Below, one piece after another: positions 27,883 through 38,628 of a stretch of 64,000 nt of DNA; position 1 is the stretch's first letter; every line of letters starts with the position of its first letter. The notes below the pieces were generated by a model. The model saw only the letters and a program-made list of their open reading frames with translations. It made no database searches and was not told where the DNA came from. A program made the position numbers and the translations under genes. The stretch comes from Dehalococcoidia bacterium (GTDB lineage: Bacteria > Chloroflexota > Dehalococcoidia > Lucifugimonadales > UBA3495), in NCBI GenBank assembly GCA_965242615.1, contig CBDESR010000004.1:722124-786123 (forward strand), given 5' to 3'.

Positions 27883-28854
27883 TTATTGGGCGATTTGGTT
27901 CATCATTTGGGCGACGGGCGTCCACACCAGTCGGAAGGGGTAATCCCCACCGCCGCCGCCAGCGCGGTGGCCGCCAAAGTTAGGGGTTAAGTACCCGCGC
28001 AAGACGGTAAAGTCGTATGCGAAATCACCATTAGCTTCGGCATTTCCCTGGATGAAATTCAGCCAAGCGGCATAAGCAGGTTGCTCCCGGAGATTGTAGG
28101 CTTCACTCAGAGAAGCCGCGCCAACCGGCTCCAGATAGTTCGGGTGTTCCTGGAAAAACCGTTGCACGGCATAATAGCCCTGCTTGAGATGGCCGGTTCT
28201 GTTGTTTCCGTCTTGGTTAAAGTAGATTTTCCTGACTTCATCCGCTACAAACTCGGTATGAGTAGAGAGAAAATCGATAAACGCGGTAATTGGCCGCAAG
28301 GGAATTGGTCCGGTTGCCGGTGGCGGCAAGGCTTCGCGCATCAGGTCAAGGAGAGCTTCCTTTTCGTGGGTCTGGCTTTGACACCAGGATACGAATTCGC
28401 GCAGCTGGGCCAATGTGGCTATGGACAGTTCGTCACGGACCGAGTGGATATAGTCCGTCAACTCCGGCATCTCCGTTGGGCTTACCAGCCGGATAATTTC
28501 AATGTTTCCGCCAAATCCGCCGCGGGTCAGGTTTGCGGAGCCGGCGATACCGACTTGGCTGTTGGCTACGATGAACTTGGCATGAAGGCGTTCCGAGATG
28601 CGTAGGTCAACCTGAGGAGATGCCGGTAGTCCCGCGATGAAGTCCAGCAAGCCATCGGGTTCGCTGGCTCCGGTCAGCCAATCCCGGGCGTCGAACTTGG
28701 TCCACACTTCCACCCGGGAGAGGCTGGACGGCAAGGATTCTGACAGAATGTCGATACCCGGCCGGGTGATGAACGGACTACAGATGTGCAAGGACTCGGT
28801 AGCCGCCCGGGCGATCTGGGTAAGGTCGTTTATGTTCGGGGTTTGCCAAGGCAT
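27883..28854 (-). CDS. Phospholipase D-family nuclease, putative restriction endonuclease
   Basis: ICSPFI, RLHAKFIV...AGSANLT single HKD-type motif; adjacent to an MTase. Confidence 0.75.
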   Translation of the reverse strand: MPWQTPNINDLTQIARAATESLHICSPFITRPGIDILSESLPSSLSRVEVWTKFDARDWLTGASEPDGLLDFIAGLPASPQVDLRISERLHAKFIVANSQVGIAGSANLTRGGFGGNIEIIRLVSPTEMPELTDYIHSVRDELSIATLAQLREFVSWCQSQTHEKEALLDLMREALPPPATGPIPLRPITAFIDFLSTHTEFVADEVRKIYFNQDGNNRTGHLKQGYYAVQRFFQEHPNYLEPVGAASLSEAYNLREQPAYAAWLNFIQGNAEANGDFAYDFTVLRGYLTPNFGGHRAGGGGGDYPFRLVWTPVAQMMNQIAQ

Positions 28855-28890
28855 AGGCGCTGTTCTCCGGGAACCGATGGGAGTATGGGG

Positions 28891-30309
28891 TTAAAGTGGC
28901 AACTTGGGCTGTGGCCCCGCCGCATCAGATTCCGGGTCTGCTTCCGGGACAGCATCGGAAATCCCGGCGCCGGTTTGTCCCGTACCTTTCAACCTTTTCT
29001 CCGTGGCAATCAGGGTGACTTGGTCCCCGCTCACCAGGTAAGAGGATGGCTCATCCTCGACAACTTGCCGTACTAAGCTTTCCAATTCCAAGCTGTCGGC
29101 TGCCTTCGCGTACAAGGTTTCCAGTATCTCGAGGACCGTCCGATAGCGCATTGGCCCGTTCAGGTTGCGCCGGTTTTTGTAATCCCGGCACAAATAACCG
29201 TCGGCCGTTACCACCGGGTCAGTTGAATGGCTTTGCTCAAACCGCCCGTTCAGTTCAATCCACGCCGCCCGCTTCTGGGATTTGGCCCGGGTCGTGTCGG
29301 ACAGGGCCAAGCAGGTCAGTTCGTCGAAATCGGAGCGCAGGGAAGTTACATCAATCCGGGTTAGCCACCAAGCCAGGGTTTTGGCTACATCGACAATAGC
29401 CATTGACCGGCCTTCGTTCCGGAGCGCCTCGAACTTGATGATAGCTGATGCTAGAGAACAAACCTCGGAAGGCTGCTGGTAGCCGAGACGCCGCGCCGTT
29501 TCCATGGCGTAATCCTCGGATATTTCGATGGCTAACCAGCGTCGCCCCAAACTCCGGGCTACTTTGGGTAGAGTTCCGCTGCCCGAGAAAGGATCCAAGA
29601 GCAGGTTGCCCGGTTGCGAACAAGCCCGCACTAATTTTTCGCTGATTTCCTCCGGGAACACGGCAATATGGGAGCTTTGCTCAACGGCACCGAAAGCCAC
29701 CCGGTCAACTTCCCACACATTGCCGGGATTCCGTCCCCAAAAATTGTTGCGCTTGTCCAGTTCTTTGGGCCTTTCCCGGATTTGGTCGACGTCGAAACAG
29801 GGTTCAGCAGCACGCCCATCGGGTTTGACGTACCACAGGATGGTTTCGTGCTTATTGGTCAGTTTTTTCTTGAAGGCTATGCCGCCGAAGTAACGCCAGA
29901 TTATGCGGTCCCAAAGGATTGCAGGGTAGGGATTGCCCTTAAAATGCTGATACGTCAGCATATCAATGGGCAATAGGTCGCCGGGAATGCCGGTTTGAGC
30001 TTGGGTATAGCCGGTTTGCCAAAAGGCCGAGCCGTTAGACCGTAGCACGCGCTTGATTTCCCCGATGGCCCGTGCCAGAAATTTGCCGTAGGCTTCTTGA
30101 GACGAGAGGTCGGGTTGACCGCTTTGGTACTGCTTGTCAATGTTGTAGGGCGGGCTGGTATGCACCAGGTCGACGCAGCCCTCGGGCAGGTACTTCAGCA
30201 AGTCAAGACAATCTCCAACCACGACGTGATTCTCGACCAGGGGCAGACCGCCCTCGCGTATCCGACTGACAAAGTCGTCGCGGGTCAGGATGAAATCTTG
30301 AATACCCAT
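28891..30309 (-). CDS. Site-specific DNA methyltransferase (N4-C/N6-A, beta class) with C-terminal extension
   Basis: TSPPYN (motif IV) before HIAVFPE and LDPFSGSGT (motif I). Confidence 0.92.
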   Translation of the reverse strand: MGIQDFILTRDDFVSRIREGGLPLVENHVVVGDCLDLLKYLPEGCVDLVHTSPPYNIDKQYQSGQPDLSSQEAYGKFLARAIGEIKRVLRSNGSAFWQTGYTQAQTGIPGDLLPIDMLTYQHFKGNPYPAILWDRIIWRYFGGIAFKKKLTNKHETILWYVKPDGRAAEPCFDVDQIRERPKELDKRNNFWGRNPGNVWEVDRVAFGAVEQSSHIAVFPEEISEKLVRACSQPGNLLLDPFSGSGTLPKVARSLGRRWLAIEISEDYAMETARRLGYQQPSEVCSLASAIIKFEALRNEGRSMAIVDVAKTLAWWLTRIDVTSLRSDFDELTCLALSDTTRAKSQKRAAWIELNGRFEQSHSTDPVVTADGYLCRDYKNRRNLNGPMRYRTVLEILETLYAKAADSLELESLVRQVVEDEPSSYLVSGDQVTLIATEKRLKGTGQTGAGISDAVPEADPESDAAGPQPKLPL

Positions 30310-30332
30310 AATCGGATAGTCCCTTTTAGGGG

Positions 30333-31034
30333 CTACTGCTCCTTACCCGAATAGCCCTCCGCCCTTTCGTAAAAGGCGGCGAACAGGTTGGCGAAACTGC
30401 GCGGCACTTCCTCCTGCCGCTCCGGGTGGCACTGGAGGCCGATGACCCAGCTGTGGGCCGGGCTTTCCAGTCCCTCAATAATTCCATCCGCGACCGCATA
30501 GGCGCTGGTCAGCAGGCGGGGCGAGCGTTGGGCTTCCCGCAAGCCTTGGTGATGCCGGCTGTTGACCCGGAAAAAGCCGGCGCTGCCCACAATGGCGGCG
30601 GTTTTGGCCCCGGGGGCCAGGTAAATCAGATGTTTGGACGATTCCCAACAGCCATCAGACCGCTCGGCTTTATGCCCGGGCAAATCCTGTAGCAGCTGCC
30701 CGCCCATAGCTACATTGAGCAGCTGCATCCCCCGGCAGATGGCCAGTATCGGCAGATCCCGGGCCAAGGCGTAGTCCAGCAAGGCCAACTCCAGGTCGTC
30801 CAGGGGGCGGCACAGCTCCAAGTCGGCGGCCGGATCGGGTGCGGCGTGGTACAAAGCCGGATCGACATCCGGGCCGCCGCTCAGCAGCAGCCCGCCGACG
30901 CCCTTTAAGAGCCGCGGGGCGGGGCCGGCATCCGGCGGGGTCAGCAAACGCACCTCCGCGCCCAAGTCGGTCATTACTTGAGCGTAGCGGAGGCTGTTGC
31001 GCTGGTCGATGGAAGTGATGGCTACAGTAGTCAT
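30333..31034 (-). CDS. Peptidase C26 / gamma-glutamyl-gamma-aminobutyrate hydrolase family
   Basis: LLLSGGPDVDP, ICRGMQLLNVA, VNSRHHQ, QCHPE. Confidence 0.92.
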   Translation of the reverse strand: MTTVAITSIDQRNSLRYAQVMTDLGAEVRLLTPPDAGPAPRLLKGVGGLLLSGGPDVDPALYHAAPDPAADLELCRPLDDLELALLDYALARDLPILAICRGMQLLNVAMGGQLLQDLPGHKAERSDGCWESSKHLIYLAPGAKTAAIVGSAGFFRVNSRHHQGLREAQRSPRLLTSAYAVADGIIEGLESPAHSWVIGLQCHPERQEEVPRSFANLFAAFYERAEGYSGKEQ

Positions 31035-31166
31035 TGCTTGACATATTGTAGCAGAAAGGGGGCGGGATTTATAGCAGAGAGGGGACAGGATTTACAGGGT
31101 TTGGCGGTCAGTAATGGGCCGGTTCCGGCAATTTGGCGCAGAGGGCGCTGTGCTATAATCCCGGCT

Positions 31167-33842
31167 ATGCTGGAAGCGACGCCCCGGAATAACCCTCTGC
31201 CGCCCCGACTTGCCGACCATTGGCGTGCGGCGGCCAACTTTCTGACGGCTCACGGCGCGCTGGTTATCTGTGCCCTGTTTCTGCTGGTGGGCGTCCTTAT
31301 TCTGGATGACTACGGTGTGGCTTGGGATGAGCTTATCTCGCGGAAAAATGCGATTATGAGCCTGGATTATATTCGGGGCAATAATGATGACTTGCTGACC
31401 TACCGGGACCGGGTGTGGGGCGTGGCCTTTGAGCTGCCGCTCCTGCTGGCCGAGCGGGCCCTGGGGTTGACGGACAGCCGGGATATTCATCTACTCCGCC
31501 ATATCTTGACCCATATTTTCTTTGTTGTCGGCGGTTTCTTTGGCTACCGGCTGGCGTATCGGCTGTCGGGCAATCGGCTGATTGCGCTCGCTGCGCTGCT
31601 GCTGTACCTGCTGCATCCCCGGCTTTATGCCCATTCCTTCTTTAACAGCAAGGATATTCCCTTTTTCAGTATGTTCGTCATTGCCATGTATTTGGTGGAG
31701 CGGGCTTTCCGCAAGGATACGGTAGGGGCATTCATCCTGGGCGGCGTTGCCGTGGGGCTGCTGACCAACATTCGGGTTATGGGGATAATACTGGTTCCGG
31801 CGGTGGTGGCGCTGCGGGGAGTTGACCTTTGGCTAGCGGGCGGCGGGAGCGCGCGGCGGCGGATTCTGCTGACCGGCGGCGGGTTCATTCTGGTGGCGAT
31901 AGTTACCCTGTATGCGGCTTGGCCCTACCTATGGGGCGATCCCGGCGGACGTTTTGTCGAATCTTTCCTGAGATTTTCCGCAATTGAAAACGAAGTGCAG
32001 CAGTTGTTCCGGGGGCAGTGGATTACTGAGGAAGTGCCGCCGGACTATGTCCCGGTGTGGTTTGCCATAACTACCCCGCCGGCGGCGCTGCTGCTGGGCT
32101 TGGTTGGGGCTATGGTAGTGGCTTATCGCGGCATTGCCCGGCCGCGCAGCATTTGGGGCAACAGCGTCCGGCGGTTTGAGTTGCTGCTGCTGGCTTGCTT
32201 TATTTTGCCGGCGCTGGGGATAATTCTGCTGGAATCTAACCTATACAACGGCTGGCGGCATATGTTTTTCATCTATGCGCCGGGTTGCCTGCTGGCGGCG
32301 TTAGGATTGGGCTGGCTGCTGCGGACTTTGCCGGCTGGATATTGGCGGGCCGGAGTGGTCGGTTTGGCCGGGGTTGGAGCCGGATTGACCGGATTGCAGA
32401 TGATGCAGCTGCATCCCTATCAGCAAGTTTATTTCAACTTTCTGGTGGATCGGGAAACGCCGGGGTATCTGGGGACGCAGTATGACTTGGACTACTGGGG
32501 GTTGTCGGCGTACGAGGGTTTGCAATATCTGGTAGCGGCATATCCGGAGCAGCCAATCGAAGTTGACTGGCGTCCGGCCGACGACCGGCGAATGCTGGCG
32601 GCGGCGGATCGGAGGCGAATAAGGATAAGGGCCCCGGAGGATGCCGAGTTTTACGTGGGGTTTCAGCGCAATTTAGCTTTCGACGGCAGTTTGCGCCCCG
32701 TACCGGAATCGGCTTTATATACCCGGCGCATCTACAACAGCGCCATACTGGTAGTGGCGCAGTATGCTGACCTGCGGCGGCGGTGGGAAGGGGAGTATCA
32801 GTCGGTTAAGGCCGGGGAGTTGTTGGCTAGTTCCAAGTTTGACTTGTACCGGCGGGGCAATACGCTGACTTATGTCAAGGAGCCGTGCGGATACGCGGAC
32901 TGGGAGGGACGGTTCTCGCTGGATGCGGCGCCGCGGAAGGCGGCGGATTTGCCTTGGCGACAGCGGCGGCAGGGTTTTGAGGACCGGGGTTTCAGTTTCT
33001 ACGCGCAGGGGCAGATGTTTAACGGCAAATGCGCGTCTCCGGCGTTGCTGCCGGACTATCCCCTGGCGGAAATCCGGACCGGGCAGTATCAGGACTGGGG
33101 AGTGCGGATTGACCTGCGGGAGCCGGAATACCGGGCAGAGTACGCGGCGGTTACGGCCGGCACTCCGCTAATCCGCTCTGATTTTAAGGTCTATCGGCAG
33201 GATAACCAGCTGATTTACACGAAATGGCCGTGTAGGGAGGGGGACACGGGGGAGCGGTTTGCGCTGCATTTGTGGACGGTTCAGGAGGCGGATTTGCCGG
33301 CGGAGCGGCGGCGATATGGTTTTGACAATCGGGATTTTTCCTTTGAGCAGTACGGGGTGCGGTTCGGCTATAAGTGTCTAATCAAAGTGCCGCTGCCGGA
33401 TTACCCGATTACGGCAATAGAAACCGGTCAATTTGAGGCGGCGGGGAGAATCTGGACGGGAAGGGTGGATTTGAGCGGGGCGGCTTACCGAACGGTATAT
33501 CCCGAGTTGACGGCCGGGGAGCCGGGGCTGCGGGCGGTTTTTGACCTTTACCGGCAAGAGGGGATGTTGGTTTATGTCAAGGAGGAGTGCCGGGAGGGGG
33601 ATGCGGCGGCGCGGTTTTCGCTGCATCTGTGGCCGGTAAGCGTCGCGGATTTGCCGGCGGAGCAACGGGAACGGGGGTTTGAGAACCGGGATTTTTCCTT
33701 TGAGCAGTATGGGGCGCGGTTTGACGGCAAGTGTATGGCGGTGGTGCCGCTGCCGGATTACCCGATTGATGAAATTTGGACGGGGCAGTTCATTCCCGGG
33801 GAAGGCGCGTTGTGGGACGGGAAGTTGACGGTGGAGCGGTAA
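31167..33842 (+). CDS. GT-C-fold (PMT/ArnT-like) membrane glycosyltransferase with 3 C-terminal two-Cys repeats, paralog 1
   Basis: DDYGVAWDE acidic loop, HPRLYAHSFFNSKD, ~12 TM, DYWG; C-terminal FDLY...C...LPDYP..IxTGQ repeats. Confidence 0.8.
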   Translation: MLEATPRNNPLPPRLADHWRAAANFLTAHGALVICALFLLVGVLILDDYGVAWDELISRKNAIMSLDYIRGNNDDLLTYRDRVWGVAFELPLLLAERALGLTDSRDIHLLRHILTHIFFVVGGFFGYRLAYRLSGNRLIALAALLLYLLHPRLYAHSFFNSKDIPFFSMFVIAMYLVERAFRKDTVGAFILGGVAVGLLTNIRVMGIILVPAVVALRGVDLWLAGGGSARRRILLTGGGFILVAIVTLYAAWPYLWGDPGGRFVESFLRFSAIENEVQQLFRGQWITEEVPPDYVPVWFAITTPPAALLLGLVGAMVVAYRGIARPRSIWGNSVRRFELLLLACFILPALGIILLESNLYNGWRHMFFIYAPGCLLAALGLGWLLRTLPAGYWRAGVVGLAGVGAGLTGLQMMQLHPYQQVYFNFLVDRETPGYLGTQYDLDYWGLSAYEGLQYLVAAYPEQPIEVDWRPADDRRMLAAADRRRIRIRAPEDAEFYVGFQRNLAFDGSLRPVPESALYTRRIYNSAILVVAQYADLRRRWEGEYQSVKAGELLASSKFDLYRRGNTLTYVKEPCGYADWEGRFSLDAAPRKAADLPWRQRRQGFEDRGFSFYAQGQMFNGKCASPALLPDYPLAEIRTGQYQDWGVRIDLREPEYRAEYAAVTAGTPLIRSDFKVYRQDNQLIYTKWPCREGDTGERFALHLWTVQEADLPAERRRYGFDNRDFSFEQYGVRFGYKCLIKVPLPDYPITAIETGQFEAAGRIWTGRVDLSGAAYRTVYPELTAGEPGLRAVFDLYRQEGMLVYVKEECREGDAAARFSLHLWPVSVADLPAEQRERGFENRDFSFEQYGARFDGKCMAVVPLPDYPIDEIWTGQFIPGEGALWDGKLTVER

Positions 33843-33875
33843 GGTCGCCCTTTACCTTATGCTATAATCCCGCCT

Positions 33876-36554
33876 ATGCTGGAAGCTACGCCCCGGAATG
33901 CCCCTCGGCCGCCCCGATTTGCCGGTCATTGCCGCGCGGCGGCCAACTTTCTGACGACTCACTGCGCATTGCTGATTTGCGCCCTGTTTCTGCTGGCGGG
34001 CTGGGCTGCTGTGGATGATTACGGGGTGGCTCATGATGAGAACACCCAACGGCGGCTGGCATTAGTCACCTGGGATTACATTCGGGGCGACAACGCCGAC
34101 CTGCTGACCCACTGGGATCGGTTTTACGGCGTGGCCTTTGAGCTGCCGCTGCTGCTGGCCGAGCAGTCCCTGGGGTTGACGGACAGCCGGGATATTCACC
34201 TACTGCGCCATATCTTAACCCATCTTTTCTTTGTTGTCGGCGGTTTCTTTTGCTACCGGCTTGCTCACCGGCTGTCGGGCAATCGGCTGCTCGCCCTCTT
34301 TGCGCTGCTGCTGTACCTGCTGCATCCCCGGCTTTATGCCCATTCCTTTTTTAACAGCAAGGATATTCCCTTTTTCAGTATGTTCATTATCGCCCTGTAT
34401 CTGTTGGAGCGGGCTTTTCGCAAGGATACGGTGGGGGCGTTCATCCTGTGCGGCGTCGGTATCGGGCTGCTGACCAACATTCGGATTATGGGGATAATGC
34501 TGGTACCGGCGGTGGTGGCGCTGCGGGGAGTTGACTTTTGGCGGGCGGGCGGCGGGACGGAGCGGCGGCGGATTATGCTGACTGGCGGCGGGTTCATTCT
34601 GGCGGTGGGGATTACGATATATGCGGCATGGCCTTACTTGTGGAGCAATCCGGCCGAGCATTTTATCGAATCTTTGCTGCGGTTTTCCGATTATCCCCAT
34701 GAAGTGCAGAAGTTGTTCCGGGGGCACTGGATTGACGAACCGCCGCCGGACTATGTCCCGGTGTGGTTTGCCATAACTACCCCGCCGGCGGCGCTGCTGT
34801 TGGGCTTGGTCGGGGCTATGGTACTGGCTTATCGCGGCATTACCCGGCCGCGCAGCATTTGGGGCAATACCCGCCAACGATTTGGGCTGCTGCTGCTGGC
34901 TTGCTTTATTTTGCCGGTAATGGCCGTGATTCTGCTGGAATCGAACCTTTACAACGGCTGGCGGCAGCTGTATTTCATCTATGCGCCGGGACTCCTGCTG
35001 GCGGCGTTGGGGTTGGGCGGGCTGCTGCGGGCTTTGCCGGCCGGATATTGGCGGGCCGGGATGGTCGGTTTGGCGGGCGCGGGATTAGGATTGACCGGAT
35101 TGCAGATGATCCAACTGCATCCGCATCAGCAGGTTTATTTCAACTTTTTGGTGGATCGGGAAACGCCGGAGCAGTTAAGTACGCAGTATCCTCTGGACTA
35201 CTGGAGGCTGTCGCCCTATGAGGGTTTGCAGTATCTGTTGGCGGCGTACCCGGAGGGGATAATCAAAGTTGACTGGGATGCGGGCAGCGATCGGGAAATG
35301 CTGCGGGCAGACGACCGGCGGCGGATATGGGTAAGGGCCCCGGAGGATGCCGAGTTTTACATCAGGATTCAGCGCAATCTGACCTTTGACGGCGGAGGGT
35401 TGCGTCCCTTGCCGGAAGCGGCGGTATATACCCGGCGCGTCTATAACAGCCCTATACTGGTAGTAGCGCGGTATGCTGATCTGCGGCGGCAGTGGGAAGG
35501 GGAGTATCAGGCGGTTAAGGCCGGGGAGCTGTTGGCGCGTTCCAAGTTTGACCTGTACCGGAAGGGCAATGCGCTGACCTATATCAAGGAGCCGTGCGAA
35601 CACCCGGACTGGATGGGACGGTTCTCGCTGGATGTGGAGCCGCGGGCGGAGGGGGACTTGCCCTGGAGACGGCGGCAGCAGGGTTTTGAGGATCGGGGTT
35701 TCAGTTTCTACGCGCATGGGGTAATGTTTAACGGCAAGTGCGCGACGCCGGCGTTGCTGCCGGACTATCCCCTGGCGGAAATCCGGACGGGGCATTATAT
35801 GGACTGGGGAGTGCGGATTGACCTGCGGGAGCCGGATTACCGGGCGGAGTACGACGCGGTTACGGCCGGCACTCCGCTAATCCGCGCTGATTTTAAGGTC
35901 TATCGGCAGGACGGCCAGCTGATTTACACGAAATGGCCGTGTAGGGAGCGGGACACGGCCGAGCGGTTTGCGCTGCATCTGTACACGGTTCAGGAAGCGG
36001 ATTTGCCGGCGGAGCGGCGGCAATATGGTTTTGACAACCGGGATTTTTCCTTTGAGCAGTACGGGGTGCGGTTCGGCTATAAGTGCCTGATCAAGGTGCC
36101 ACTGCCGGATTACCCGATTACGGCGATAGAAACCGGCCAATCGGACGCCGCGGGGAGAATCTGGACGGGAAGGGTGGATTTGCGCGGGGCGGCTTATCGA
36201 ACGGTATATCCCGAGTTGACGGCCGGGGAGCCGGGGCTGCGGGCGGTTTTTGACCTTTACTTGAAAGAGCAGAGTTTGGTTTATGTCAAGGAACGGTGCC
36301 AGGAGGGGGATGCGGCGGCGCGGTTTTCGCTGCATCTGTGGCCGGTGAGCGTCGAGGATTTGCCGGTGGAACAGCGGGAACGGGGGTTTGAGAACCGGGA
36401 CTTTTCCTTTGAGCAGTATGGGGCGCGGTTTGATGGCAAGTGTATGGCGGTGGTACCGCTGCCGGATTACCCGATTGATGAAATTTGGACGGGGCAGTTC
36501 ATCCCCGGCGAGGGCGGCGCGTTGTGGGACGGGAAGTTGACGGGGGAGCGGTAA
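33876..36554 (+). CDS. GT-C-fold membrane glycosyltransferase, paralog 2 (tandem duplicate)
   Basis: Colinear with and highly similar to paralog 1. Confidence 0.8.
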   Translation: MLEATPRNAPRPPRFAGHCRAAANFLTTHCALLICALFLLAGWAAVDDYGVAHDENTQRRLALVTWDYIRGDNADLLTHWDRFYGVAFELPLLLAEQSLGLTDSRDIHLLRHILTHLFFVVGGFFCYRLAHRLSGNRLLALFALLLYLLHPRLYAHSFFNSKDIPFFSMFIIALYLLERAFRKDTVGAFILCGVGIGLLTNIRIMGIMLVPAVVALRGVDFWRAGGGTERRRIMLTGGGFILAVGITIYAAWPYLWSNPAEHFIESLLRFSDYPHEVQKLFRGHWIDEPPPDYVPVWFAITTPPAALLLGLVGAMVLAYRGITRPRSIWGNTRQRFGLLLLACFILPVMAVILLESNLYNGWRQLYFIYAPGLLLAALGLGGLLRALPAGYWRAGMVGLAGAGLGLTGLQMIQLHPHQQVYFNFLVDRETPEQLSTQYPLDYWRLSPYEGLQYLLAAYPEGIIKVDWDAGSDREMLRADDRRRIWVRAPEDAEFYIRIQRNLTFDGGGLRPLPEAAVYTRRVYNSPILVVARYADLRRQWEGEYQAVKAGELLARSKFDLYRKGNALTYIKEPCEHPDWMGRFSLDVEPRAEGDLPWRRRQQGFEDRGFSFYAHGVMFNGKCATPALLPDYPLAEIRTGHYMDWGVRIDLREPDYRAEYDAVTAGTPLIRADFKVYRQDGQLIYTKWPCRERDTAERFALHLYTVQEADLPAERRQYGFDNRDFSFEQYGVRFGYKCLIKVPLPDYPITAIETGQSDAAGRIWTGRVDLRGAAYRTVYPELTAGEPGLRAVFDLYLKEQSLVYVKERCQEGDAAARFSLHLWPVSVEDLPVEQRERGFENRDFSFEQYGARFDGKCMAVVPLPDYPIDEIWTGQFIPGEGGALWDGKLTGER

Positions 36555-36586
36555 GGGCGGCCTTGCTGGGCGCTATAATTCCGCCT

Positions 36587-38564
36587 ATGCTGGAAGCAAT
36601 GCCCCGGAATACCCCTCGGCCGCCCCGACTTGCCGGCCATTGCCGCGCGGCGGCCAACTTTCTGATGACTCACGGCGCATTGATTATCTGCGCCCTCTTT
36701 CTGCTGGCGGGCTTGGCTGCTCTGGATGATTACGGGGTGGCCCGGGATGAAGGTTTCCTACGGCGCAATGCGATCGTCAGCCTGGATTACATTCTAGGCA
36801 ACAACGCTGAACTGTTGACCTACGAATTCCGGGCGTACAGCGTGGCCTTTGAGCTGCCGCTGCTGCTGGCCGAGGGGGCCCTGGGGTTGACGGACAGCCG
36901 GGATATTCACCTGCTCCGCCATAGCTTGGCTCATCTTTTCTTTATTGTCGGCGGTTTCTTTGGCTACCGACTGGCTTACCGGCTGTCGGGCAATCGGCTG
37001 ATCGCGCTCTTTGCGCTGCTGCTGTACCTGCTGCATCCCCGGCTCTATGCCCAATCCTTTTTTAACACCAAGGATGTCCCATTTTTCAGTATGTTCATCA
37101 TTGCCCTGTATCTGGTGGAACGGGCCTTCCGCCGGGACACGGTGGGGGCATTTATCCTAGGCGGCGTCGCGGTGGGGTTGCTGACCAACATTCGGATTGT
37201 GGGGATAATGCTGGTTCCGGCGGTGTTGGCAATGCGGGGAATTGACCTTTGTTTTGCGTCTGGGGGCATAGAGCGGCGGCGGATAGCACTGACTGGTAGC
37301 GGGTTTATTCTGGCGGCGGGGATTACGGTATATGCGGCGTGGCCTTACCTGTGGGGCGACCCGGTCGGTCGTTTCGGCGAAGCCTGGCGGCTCTTTTCCG
37401 AATATCCCAACGAGTTCGCGCAGTTGTTCCGGGGGCAGTGGATTACCGAGGAAGTTCCGCCGGAATATATCCCGGTGTGGTTTGCCTTGACTACGCCGCC
37501 GGCGACGCTGCTGCTGGGGTTGGTCGGCATAGTGGCATTGGCATGGTCGGTCATTGCCCGGCCGGGGAGGATTTTCGGCAATACCCGCCAACGCTTCGGG
37601 TTGTTGATGCTGGCTTGCTTTGCCCTGCCGGTAATAGCCGTGATTCTGCTGGAAGCCAACCTCTACGCGGGTTGGCGGCATCTGTATTTCATCTATGCGC
37701 CGTTCGGCGTGCTAGCGGCGGGGGGGGGGGGGGAGTTGGCTGCTGCGCGCGCGGCCATCCCGGTATTGGCGAGCCGGGGTAGTCGGTTTGATCGGCGCGG
37801 GCTTGGGATTGACCGTATTGCAGATGATGCAGCTGCATCCTTATCAGCAAGTTTATTTCAACTTTCTGGTAGATCGGGAGACGCCGGAGTATCTGGGTAC
37901 GCAGTATGATTTGGAATACTGGCGGGTGTCGCCCTACGAAGGGCTGCAATACTTGGCGGCGGCATACCCGGAGGGGAGCATCGCGGTTGACCGCCAATGG
38001 AACAAAAGCCGGGAAATGCTGCCGGCGGCGGACCGGGAGCGGGTAGTAAGAATGGCTCCGGAGGATGCGGAGTTCTACATCGGGTATCGGCTCAGTCTGG
38101 CTTTTAACGGCGGCCTGCGTCCTTTGCCGGAAGCGGCTTTATACACCCGGCGCATTTACAACAGCACCGTAATGGTGGTGGCGCGGTATGATGACCTGCG
38201 GCGGCAGTGGGCAGGAGAGTATCAGGCGGTTAAGGCCGGGGAGTTGTTGGCGAGTGCCAAGTTTGACCTGTACCGGCAGGGCGATTGGCTGTTTTATACG
38301 AAATGGCCGTGTATGGGGCGGGATACGGTGGAGCGGTTTGCGCTGCATCTGTACCCGGTTCAGGAGGCGGATTTGCCGGCGGAGCGGCGGCAATATGGCT
38401 TTGACAACCGGGATTTTTCCTTTGGGGAGTACGGGGTTCGGTTTGACGATAAGTGTCTAATCAAGGTTCCGCTGCCGGATTACCCGATTAAAGAAATCCG
38501 GACCGGGCAGTTCATCCCCGGTGAAGGCTTGCTGTGGGAGGTGAAGTTGATGGGGGAGCGGTAG
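36587..38564 (+). pseudogene. GT-C-fold glycosyltransferase, paralog 3, frameshifted at a G14 tract
   Basis: Homology switches frame at the poly-G (37720-37733); only one C-terminal repeat. Confidence 0.75.
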
Positions 38565-38628
38565 CTGAGCTGGCCTTTGGGGCATAAGGCAGTAAATGCC
38601 GGATTGCCCGGGGGAACTATCCCGCCGG

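Noticed and set aside
31167-38564. Diversity-generating retroelement (TR/VR) among the repeated C-terminal domains
   Set aside because: No reverse transcriptase in the window; differences between copies are not adenine-restricted and all copies are coding.
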